From assembly GCA_963719225.1 (NCBI GenBank), contig CAVRAY010000001.1, positions 768,001-832,000 on the forward strand: 64,000 nt of DNA, given 5' to 3'. The stretch is from Thermoanaerobaculia bacterium (GTDB taxonomy: Bacteria > Acidobacteriota > Thermoanaerobaculia > UBA5066). Position 1 is the stretch's first letter; each line of letters starts with the position of its first letter. The notes beneath the pieces are model-generated. The model was not told the DNA's origin. It did no database searches and saw only the letters and a program-made list of their open reading frames with translations. The position numbers and the translations under genes are program-made. Positions 30,351 through 37,974 of the stretch are shown here, piece after piece.

Positions 30351-30947
30351 TCACTTCTTCGCGGGCTCTCCGGCCGGCTTCTTCTCCATCTCCTCCTTCA
30401 TCCGCTTCTGCTGCTCGGCCGTCCACGGCGGGACGACACCGTTCATGCGCGCGTACGCGATGGACTGGCCGAGGTGCTCGTGCTCGTGATTCGCGACGGT
30501 GAGGAGAACCCCCCGGACCGTCGTGTCGAACCCGAACATCTTCTCGGGCTTGTCGAGGTCCGCATCCGAGAGACCGGCGATACCGGCGCGCACGTGCGCA
30601 AAGGACTTCTTGAGCTCGTCGATCACCTTTGACTTCTCGGTGACGTTCTTCTCCATCTCCTTGTCCAGGCCCGCGGGCACCTTGATGCCCGCGAAGCCGA
30701 GGACGAAGTAGTTCCCGCCTGCGATGTGCATGTAGACCTCGCTGATCGACCGCACCCCAGGGGCGGGTCGCCAGCCGAACTTGTCGGTGGGCGTCGCCTC
30801 CGCGAGGCCGAGAAGCTGCTTCTCGAGGCGATCCTGCTGGCCCAGGAATTCGGCCCGGAAACCCTTCGCGGGCGCCTGCGCGCGCGCCGCGGAAGCGGCC
30901 AAGAGAGAGAGAGCGAGGGCGGCCGTGACGAGGTGACGGATTTTCAT
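30351..30947 (-). CDS. DinB family protein, secreted
   Basis: WRPAPGVRSISEVYMH, HEHEHLGQSIAYARMNGVVPPW; AGGAGG RBS. Confidence 0.9.
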   Translation of the reverse strand: MKIRHLVTAALALSLLAASAARAQAPAKGFRAEFLGQQDRLEKQLLGLAEATPTDKFGWRPAPGVRSISEVYMHIAGGNYFVLGFAGIKVPAGLDKEMEKNVTEKSKVIDELKKSFAHVRAGIAGLSDADLDKPEKMFGFDTTVRGVLLTVANHEHEHLGQSIAYARMNGVVPPWTAEQQKRMKEEMEKKPAGEPAKK

Positions 30948-31026
30948 GGATCGTCCTCCTAATCGAATTCGGTGGGCGCATCTTATCCGCCCTGCGTAGA
31001 ATCCGTTCGATTCCGGAGGAGAAGAC

Positions 31027-31899
31027 ATGAAGACGATGAGCCGCACCGCCTTTCTCGCCACTCTCGCCGTTGCTGCCGCCATCCCCGCGATCGGGCAGCT
31101 CACCTCGCCTCTTCCCAGCCCGAACGCCACCGTCTCCCAGACGATCGGCGTCACGAAGGTCGAGGTCGCCTACAGCCGGCCGCACGTGAAAGGCCCGACG
31201 CGCAAGGAAGAGCGCGTGATCTGGGGCGGGCTCGTGCCGTACGACAAGGTCTGGCGGACGGGGGCGAACGCGGTCACGAAGATCACGCTCGACGGGGACG
31301 TGATGGTCGAAGGCCAGAAGCTCGCCGCGGGCTCGTACGGGCTCTACACGATTCCCGGGAAGACCGAATGGACCGTGATTTTCAACAAGCAATCGACGGG
31401 CGGGCCGGATCACAGCCCCGACAAGGACGTCCTGCGCGTCAAGGTGAAGCCCGAGGCCTCCGCGCCGCACGACCAGTTCACGATCGAATTCCTGTCGGTG
31501 ACGTCCGATTCGGCCGTGCTCGCGATCGAGTGGGAGAAGCTGATGGTGCCCGTGTCCCTCAAGGTCGACACGAAGGCGCAGTTCCTGACGAACGCGAGGG
31601 AGTCCATGGCGAAGGCGAAGCCCGACGACTGGCAGACGCCGCTCGTCGCGGCGCGGTACCTCTACGACAGCAAGTACGCGCTCGAGGACGCCGGGAAGTG
31701 GATCGACAAGTCCATCGCCACGAAGGCCACGTTCGGCAATCTCTCGGTGAAGGCGAACGCTCTCGCCGCGGACGGCAAGAAGAAGGAAGCCGTCGCGACG
31801 GCCGAGAAAGCCCTCGCCGCCGGCGCGGCCGCCGAGCAGAAGCCGTCGCCCGAAGCGGTCGCGGCTCTGGAGAAGAAGATCGCGGAGTGGAAGAAGTAG
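31027..31899 (+). CDS. DUF2911 domain protein
   Basis: PSPNATVSQTIG, YSRP, IWGGLVPYDKVWRTGAN; TPR-like C-terminus. Confidence 0.9.
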   Translation: MKTMSRTAFLATLAVAAAIPAIGQLTSPLPSPNATVSQTIGVTKVEVAYSRPHVKGPTRKEERVIWGGLVPYDKVWRTGANAVTKITLDGDVMVEGQKLAAGSYGLYTIPGKTEWTVIFNKQSTGGPDHSPDKDVLRVKVKPEASAPHDQFTIEFLSVTSDSAVLAIEWEKLMVPVSLKVDTKAQFLTNARESMAKAKPDDWQTPLVAARYLYDSKYALEDAGKWIDKSIATKATFGNLSVKANALAADGKKKEAVATAEKALAAGAAAEQKPSPEAVAALEKKIAEWKK

Positions 31900-31955
31900 G
31901 AACTACTTCGTCAAGGTGCCCTTGACCCGGTATTCCCTCGGAACCTTCTTTTCCG

Positions 31956-34610
31956 TCAGCGCGTCGGCGGGGAGGGAGCGGTCGTCTTGAGCCGCGCGCC
32001 CGCGCCCGCCGACACGAGGTTTACGAAGAAGCGGTACGCGCCGGGGACGCCGGCCGGCAGCTGCCGGAAGAACGCGTATCCGGTGTAGACGAACGCGCCC
32101 TTTCCGTGCCGCGCGAAGAGGAGGCCGCCGGGTTTCGCGCCCTCGCCGGGATCGTGCGTCTCGATCGTCGTCTCGTAGCGGGGGTCCCACGTTCCCGGGA
32201 AGTAGAGGCCGCGCTCCTGCACCCACCCGTCGAAATCGGCCGGCGTCAGCCTGTTCGGAAAGTTGAGAAGCGAGCTCCCGGGGTTCAGGAATTTCACCGG
32301 GGCTTCCTCGACGGTGACGCGATCCCGGGAGATCTTGAAGGGGTACGGCCCGATCTGTTCCGTGACGAGGTCTCCCGTCGTGTTGTACTGCGCCACGAGC
32401 GTGCCGCCTTTCTCGACGTAATCCTCGAGCCGCGCCTGGGCGAGCTTCAGACGCGGGCGCGTGTTGTAGGCGCGAATTCCGGTCACGATCGCGGCATAGC
32501 GCGACAGATCGCCGTTCTCGAGCTCGTCGTCGGCGAGGAGGGTCACGGTGTAGCCCATCTGACGCAGCGCGTCGGGGACCTCATCGCCGGAGCCCATGAC
32601 GTAGCCGACGGGCGCCTGCGGCGCTTTCACGTCGAGACGCAGGACTTTCGCCTCGGCGGGAGGAAACAGCGTCCGAGGGGAGATGTGCGGATAGTCGACG
32701 CGCACGAGACCGCGCGCATGCACTTTTCCGCTCACGACCGCTTCGGCCGTGAGCGTCGCCACGGAAGATCCGGCAGGCGGCGTCACGGTGAACGTCACCG
32801 CCTTCTCCTCGCCGCGCGCCGTGAACGCGAACGGCACCTCGGCCGGCGACGCGGCGAACCCGGACGCCGTCTTCAACCGCAGCACTCCCGAGACGGCGGC
32901 GCCGGCCGTCAGCGTGACCCGCACCTTCTTCGGCTTCTCGGTCTCGAACGCGTAGACCTTCTCGTCGAACGTCGCCGTCACGGGCGGCGTGATGACGAAC
33001 GGGCGGTACATCTCGCCCTTGACGGGGTCCGTGCGGCGGAAGACGACGGGCGCCTCGAGCGGGATCGGGACTCCGTCGACTCGGACCGTGAAGCGCGCGA
33101 CGAGAGGCGGCGGGTTCTCGGGGAGGCCGATGAGGGCCGGGTCGGTCACGGTGAATAGTCCCTTTCCAGGCCGGTCCCTCAACCAGTAGGGTTGCGTCGT
33201 CTCGACGTCTCCGGGCAGGGTCAGCGAGATCTCCCGCCGCAGCGGCTCGTTCTGCGCGAGGGCGCCGCCCTCTCCGGGCGCGCCCGCGTACGTCACCGAG
33301 ACCGTCTCGAGCGTCGCCGGTCGGGGCGAGCGGTTCAGGATCATCGTCGCGACCTTCACGCTCGCGCCGGGCGCGGCGGAAGGCTCGCTCGCGACCGCCT
33401 CGACCCAGACGCCGAGACAGGCGCGGATCGCGTCGGCGATGTCGTGGCGCTTGCGCGCGAGGAGGGGGTCCATTTGCTTCGGACCCTCTCCGCGCTTGCT
33501 GCCTTCTCGCGAGGTCGTTTCGGGGATCTGCTTAGAAGGTGAATTGGGCGGCGTGCTCGCCGATTCGGTCACTCGCCCGAGGAGCGTCCATGCTTCGACC
33601 AGCTGGGGAACCGAGGCCGCCGGATCCGTTGGGCGAAATGCCTCCTCCACCTTTCTAAGAATTCTTCCGACTTCCTCTCCCTTCGGCCCATACCGCCCCC
33701 ACGACAGGTCGATTCCCTCGAAGAGGTCCTTCTCCGCCGGCGCGCCCGCGATGTTCTTGAAGTCGTTGAGCCACGTGCCGCGCCGCTCGGCGGAGCCGAA
33801 ACCCTGGCTCTTGTGCATGGACCGGCTGAGCGCCGCGATCTCGGTGTACGAGCGGCCCAGGAGCGCGTTGTAGGCACCGAGGTCCGCCGTGACCTGTCCG
33901 GGCACGTCCTTGCGCGGCGCGTCGCCGCCGAAGCGGAAGACGTTCCAGACAAGCCGTTTCGGCTGCCACGGCGTGAGGACGTCGAGCTGGTCGGGAAACC
34001 GCGACGGGTCGCCCGCGGCCTTGAACGCCTCCTCCGCGAGAATCGCCGAGGCGGTGTGGTGGCCGTGGCCGCCTTCGCCGGTCGTCGGGAAGCGCGTGAC
34101 GATCACGTCCGGCCGGAACGTGCGGATGACGCGCACGGTGTCCGCGAGCACCTGCTCCTTCCCCCAGATCCGGAGCGTTTCCTCGGGGGTCTTCGAATAG
34201 CCGAAGTCGACCGCGCGGGAGAAGAACTGCTTCGCCCCGTCGAGGCGGCGCGCCGCGAGAAGCTCCTGCGTCCTGAGGACGCCGATGAGCTCGCCTGACT
34301 CGGTGCCGATGAGATTCTGGCCTCCGTCGCCGCGCGTCATCGACAGGTACCCCGCGTCCACGAGCCTCTCGCGGGAGGCCCATGCGAGGAACGCCGTGTT
34401 CTCGTCATCGGGGTGGGCCGCGACGTAGAGGACGCCGCCGACGACGTTCAGCTTCGCGAGCGCGAGCCGGATCTCGGCTGCATTCGGTGCCTCGGCGGGA
34501 GCCGCGGCGAGCAGGACGGGCGAGTCCGCCACGGAAACCGCGAACGCCGCGAAGAGCGCGAGGACGAGGAGGACGGCCGCCGGCCGGCGGGAAGAGAGGC
34601 GTCGCGTCAT
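31956..34610 (-). CDS. PIG-L/LmbE family deacetylase, large secreted type
   Basis: AAHPDDE, TRGDGGQN, DFGYSK, HGHH, RSMHKSQGFG, GWVQERG, FFRQLPAGVPGAYR. Confidence 0.92.
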   Translation of the reverse strand: MTRRLSSRRPAAVLLVLALFAAFAVSVADSPVLLAAAPAEAPNAAEIRLALAKLNVVGGVLYVAAHPDDENTAFLAWASRERLVDAGYLSMTRGDGGQNLIGTESGELIGVLRTQELLAARRLDGAKQFFSRAVDFGYSKTPEETLRIWGKEQVLADTVRVIRTFRPDVIVTRFPTTGEGGHGHHTASAILAEEAFKAAGDPSRFPDQLDVLTPWQPKRLVWNVFRFGGDAPRKDVPGQVTADLGAYNALLGRSYTEIAALSRSMHKSQGFGSAERRGTWLNDFKNIAGAPAEKDLFEGIDLSWGRYGPKGEEVGRILRKVEEAFRPTDPAASVPQLVEAWTLLGRVTESASTPPNSPSKQIPETTSREGSKRGEGPKQMDPLLARKRHDIADAIRACLGVWVEAVASEPSAAPGASVKVATMILNRSPRPATLETVSVTYAGAPGEGGALAQNEPLRREISLTLPGDVETTQPYWLRDRPGKGLFTVTDPALIGLPENPPPLVARFTVRVDGVPIPLEAPVVFRRTDPVKGEMYRPFVITPPVTATFDEKVYAFETEKPKKVRVTLTAGAAVSGVLRLKTASGFAASPAEVPFAFTARGEEKAVTFTVTPPAGSSVATLTAEAVVSGKVHARGLVRVDYPHISPRTLFPPAEAKVLRLDVKAPQAPVGYVMGSGDEVPDALRQMGYTVTLLADDELENGDLSRYAAIVTGIRAYNTRPRLKLAQARLEDYVEKGGTLVAQYNTTGDLVTEQIGPYPFKISRDRVTVEEAPVKFLNPGSSLLNFPNRLTPADFDGWVQERGLYFPGTWDPRYETTIETHDPGEGAKPGGLLFARHGKGAFVYTGYAFFRQLPAGVPGAYRFFVNLVSAGAGARLKTTAPSPPTR
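33525..33667. repeat. Inward-facing pair of TTCTTNGAAGG-like motifs inside the PIG-L gene
   Basis: GATCTGCTTAGAAGGTGAAT (33525-33544) and CCACCTTTCTAAGAATTCTTC (33647-33667). Confidence 0.7.
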
Positions 34611-34644
34611 GCGGGGATTCTAGGGGCAGGGGCTCGCGATCGGC

Positions 34645-35925
34645 TCAGTCCGGCGCGGGCTTCCCGAAGGTCTCCGTGATCGCGAACGTGAGGAGGCAAG
34701 CAAGGAGCAGCATGCCGAGGTTCGTGAGAAACGCGGCGCGATAGCCCGCGACGGGATAGCGTCGCGCGCCGCCTTCGAGGACGCCGAGCCAGTGCGCATC
34801 GAGGATCCGGCCGAGAACGTTCTGTGTCACCGCCGCGCCCAGGAAGCCGCCCGCATTCACCGTGGCCGTCGCGATGCCGCTGAACCGTGGCGGATTTACG
34901 TCGCGTGCGAGGGCCCATGTGAGCGTGAAGCAGCTCGTCGCGAGACCCAGCAGGAAGCAGAGAGGCCCGAGAAGGGCGCGCGGCGGTCCCGCGGAAGGGA
35001 CGCAGACGCAGGCCCAGACGGCCGCGTAGGCGAGCGTGAACAGAATGTAGGGAAGGCGCCGCGCCCGGAAGACCTTGTCGGAGAGGAAGCCGGCCGTCGG
35101 CGCTCCGAGGATGACGCCGATGCTGACGAGGGACACGATCCCCGCGGCCTCCTTCGCCGTCATCCCGTAGACGTCCCGCATCCACGGGACCGCCCAGAGG
35201 CCGGAGAACGAGAGATACGTCCCGTACTGGAAGAAGAAGACGGCGAACATCGGCCACGTCCTCCGGTTTCCGAACACCGTCCGATAGCCCTCGGCCACCG
35301 AGACGCGAGGGACCGCTCCGCGCGCCAAGGGCGGCGGAAGGCCTGCGTCCTCGGGCCGGTCGCGTACGACGGCGAGGCAGAGGCCCGCGAGGGCGAGCGA
35401 AAGCACCGCCACGCCGCCGAACGTCGCGCGCCAGCCGAGGGCGGCGACAACGAGCGCCAGTGGGGCCGTCGCGAGGAGGCCCCCGAGGTTTCCGGCGACT
35501 TGCGTGAGGCCCGACCACGTCCCGAACTCGTCCGGCCTCCACCAGGCGCCCACCTGCTTGAGCATTCCGATGAACACGACGGAAGCGCCCGCACCCACGA
35601 CGAGCCGCGCTCCGTACGCGACGGGCAGGACGCGCGCGGCAGCGAAAACCGCTCCGCCCGCCGCCATCATGGCCGCGCCCGCCGCCACGGCGCGCCGCGG
35701 CCCCCACGCATCCACGGCCGCGCCCACGACGAACTGCATCGCGGCGAACGCGTAGAGGTAGAGGGCGGCCATCGTGGCGACCTCGACTCCCGTCGCCGCG
35801 AAGCTCGCCATGAGGTCTTTCGCGAGGACGGCCGGCGCGATCCGGTGGAAATAGGACACGACGTAGACGAGCGCGAGGACGCCCCAGATGCGCAGCCGGA
35901 TGGCGGCGAACGACCCTTCCCTCAC
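34645..35925 (-). CDS. MFS transporter
   Basis: SYFHRIAPAV, DAWGPRR motif A, about 12 TM helices; GTG start overlaps the amidase stop codon. Confidence 0.9.
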   Translation of the reverse strand: MREGSFAAIRLRIWGVLALVYVVSYFHRIAPAVLAKDLMASFAATGVEVATMAALYLYAFAAMQFVVGAAVDAWGPRRAVAAGAAMMAAGGAVFAAARVLPVAYGARLVVGAGASVVFIGMLKQVGAWWRPDEFGTWSGLTQVAGNLGGLLATAPLALVVAALGWRATFGGVAVLSLALAGLCLAVVRDRPEDAGLPPPLARGAVPRVSVAEGYRTVFGNRRTWPMFAVFFFQYGTYLSFSGLWAVPWMRDVYGMTAKEAAGIVSLVSIGVILGAPTAGFLSDKVFRARRLPYILFTLAYAAVWACVCVPSAGPPRALLGPLCFLLGLATSCFTLTWALARDVNPPRFSGIATATVNAGGFLGAAVTQNVLGRILDAHWLGVLEGGARRYPVAGYRAAFLTNLGMLLLACLLTFAITETFGKPAPD

Positions 35926-37340
35926 GCCGGCGGGCGCTTCTTGTGCCACTCCGTGCGCGCCTGGTACGCGGCGCCGAGTGCGACGAGCGTCTCGTCCGAG
36001 AACGCTCGGCCCGTGAGCTGGAACGCCGTGGGGAGGCCTTTCTCGCCGAAGCCGTTCGGCACGGAGAGCGCGGGCTGGCCCACGAGGTTTCCCGCCGGAA
36101 TGACGGCCGGGCCGCCGCCGACGCCGGGATACGCCTTGTCGAAGTCCGGGCCGATCGGGTATGCGACCGTCGCCCTCGTGGGCGAGACGAGCGCGTCGAA
36201 TTTCGCGTAGAGCGCGTCCAGAGCCTTCTTCATCGGCGCGCGCAGGCGCAGCGCCTGGATGTAGTCCACCGCGAGGACCATGGATGCCGCGTAGCCGCCC
36301 CAGCGGTCGTTCGGGACCTTGAGCTCCCGGGTGCGGCCGCTCTCGATGAGATCGCGGAAGGCGCTCGCGCCCTCGGCCGCCACGATCGTCCCGACCGCCG
36401 GCCCGTACGGGAACTCGGGGTACGTCACGTCGGGCACGATCTCGCAAAAGGCTTCGAAGACCTTCAAGGAGGCTTCGAAGTTCTTCCGCACCTCGGGCTG
36501 GACCTTTTCCGTCGTGCCCTTGATGACGCCGATCCGGAAGCGCCGTGGCTTCCCGCCCGCGGAAGGCACGCGCGCCGGCGCGAAGGGACGCGCGAGAGAC
36601 GTCGGGTCCTTCGGGTCGCGCCCCGCGATCGCGGCCATGACGAGACCGCAATCCTCCGCCGAACGGCACATCGGGCCGAGCTTGTCGAGCGTCCAGCAGA
36701 GCGCCATCGCGCCATGCCGGCTCACGCGGCCGTACGTCGGCCTGAGGCCGGTCACGCCCGAGAACGCGGCGGGCGTCAGGATGGAGCCCGAGGTCTCCGA
36801 GCCGATCGAGAACCCCACGAGGCCGGCGGCCATGGCGGCGCCGGGCCCCGAGGACGACCCGCCCGACCAGAAGTCCGTGTTCCACGGCGTGCGGCCGGGT
36901 CCCGTGAACGACGCGTCCGCGTTGTTGTAGCCGAGGCCGCCCGCGAGCTCGACCATCGCGAGCTTCCCGACGAGGACGGCGCCCGCGTCGTGCAGCTTCC
37001 TGACGACTGTCGCGTCCTCGTCGAAGACCTGAGTCCGGTACGGCTCGGCCCCCCACGTCGTGGGGATGCCCTTCGTCGCGAGGAGGTCCTTCACGCCGTA
37101 AGGCACGCCGTGGAGCGGCCCGCGCCATTTTCCGGCCGCGAGCTCGGCCTCCGCCGCCTTCGCCTCCGCGAGCGCGCGGTCTTTCGTGATCGTCACGACG
37201 GCGCCGTACCTCGGACCGAGGCGCTCGAGCCTGTCGAGCGCGCCCTCGGCGAGGGCGACGGGCGAGATTTCCCGCGCCTTGAGCTTCTTCGAGAGCTCGC
37301 TGACGGGAAGAAAGAAGACGTCGTCGCCGGGCGCAGCCAT
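35922..37340 (-). CDS. Amidase-signature family enzyme (no signal peptide)
   Basis: GPLHGVPYGVKD, SGGSSSG, GSETSGSI. Confidence 0.92.
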   Translation of the reverse strand: MAAPGDDVFFLPVSELSKKLKAREISPVALAEGALDRLERLGPRYGAVVTITKDRALAEAKAAEAELAAGKWRGPLHGVPYGVKDLLATKGIPTTWGAEPYRTQVFDEDATVVRKLHDAGAVLVGKLAMVELAGGLGYNNADASFTGPGRTPWNTDFWSGGSSSGPGAAMAAGLVGFSIGSETSGSILTPAAFSGVTGLRPTYGRVSRHGAMALCWTLDKLGPMCRSAEDCGLVMAAIAGRDPKDPTSLARPFAPARVPSAGGKPRRFRIGVIKGTTEKVQPEVRKNFEASLKVFEAFCEIVPDVTYPEFPYGPAVGTIVAAEGASAFRDLIESGRTRELKVPNDRWGGYAASMVLAVDYIQALRLRAPMKKALDALYAKFDALVSPTRATVAYPIGPDFDKAYPGVGGGPAVIPAGNLVGQPALSVPNGFGEKGLPTAFQLTGRAFSDETLVALGAAYQARTEWHKKRPPA

Positions 37341-37699
37341 CAGGCGCCTCCCGGCAGTTCCGCGAAGAAGACGATGTCCGGCTCGTCGGCGTTCGTGAGA
37401 GGAACCTTCTTCATCGCCTCGGCCCCGCGGAGACGCCCGTCGAGGGCTTTCGCGATCTCCGAGAGCTGCTCGCCGGACAGGTGCCGGCCCCAGCGGATGC
37501 GCACGACCTCCGTGAGCGCCTCGGCGGCCGAGGACGGGGCCTCGGGCGTGGGGACCGGCGTCGGAGACGGTGCGGGAGACGGCGCGGGAGCCGTCTGGCC
37601 GAGGGCGGTCGCCGCGCCCGAAAGGGCCGGCGCGGCCGCAGCGAGCGCGAGGCTCTTCGCGAAGAGACGGCGCGAGGGCGAGAGGTTGGGGTCGGACAT
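37340..37699 (-). CDS. Small Tat-signal protein, putative GatC-like partner of the amidase
   Basis: SRRLF Tat motif, Pro-rich linker, helical domain ending LTNADEP; its stop overlaps the amidase ATG. Confidence 0.75.
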   Translation of the reverse strand: MSDPNLSPSRRLFAKSLALAAAAPALSGAATALGQTAPAPSPAPSPTPVPTPEAPSSAAEALTEVVRIRWGRHLSGEQLSEIAKALDGRLRGAEAMKKVPLTNADEPDIVFFAELPGGA

Positions 37700-37739
37700 T
37701 TGTCGCCTCCGTCAAAGTTCGGGGTGATTCAAATGTATC

Positions 37740-37769
37740 TTGATTCCACCGGCGTCGCTCCGCGATAAT
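37740..37769 (+). promoter_or_regulatory. Sigma70-type promoter for the gltB leader
   Basis: TTGATT (37740-37745), 18 bp spacer, GATAAT (37764-37769), 9 nt before ATG37779. Confidence 0.6.
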
Positions 37770-37778
37770 TCCCTCGCG

Positions 37779-37889
37779 ATGGCGAAGACCTCGACGGCGA
37801 CTACCAAGACCACGAAGAACGTGGGCGAGGCCGTCATTGGCCTCGTCCTTACGAAGCGTGCTGCGGCGGGGGGCGGGCGAGGGGATTAA
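37779..37889 (+). CDS. Putative attenuator leader peptide (36 aa), Thr- and Val/Ile/Leu-rich
   Basis: MAKTSTATTKTTKNVGEAVIGLVLTKRAAAGGGRGD*; followed after 24 nt by an intrinsic terminator. Confidence 0.72.
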   Translation: MAKTSTATTKTTKNVGEAVIGLVLTKRAAAGGGRGD

Positions 37890-37913
37890 GGTACACGGCG
37901 ACACGGAAATCCC

Positions 37914-37946
37914 AAGGCCCGCTCCCAGGAGGGAGCGGGCCTTTTT
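37914..37946 (+). terminator. Intrinsic terminator (attenuator) upstream of gltB
   Basis: AAGGCCCGCTCCC-AGGA-GGGAGCGGGCCTT perfect 13-bp stem followed by a T tract. Confidence 0.88.
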
Positions 37947-37974
37947 CGTTCTGGCGGTAAGAAAGAGGAGAGAC

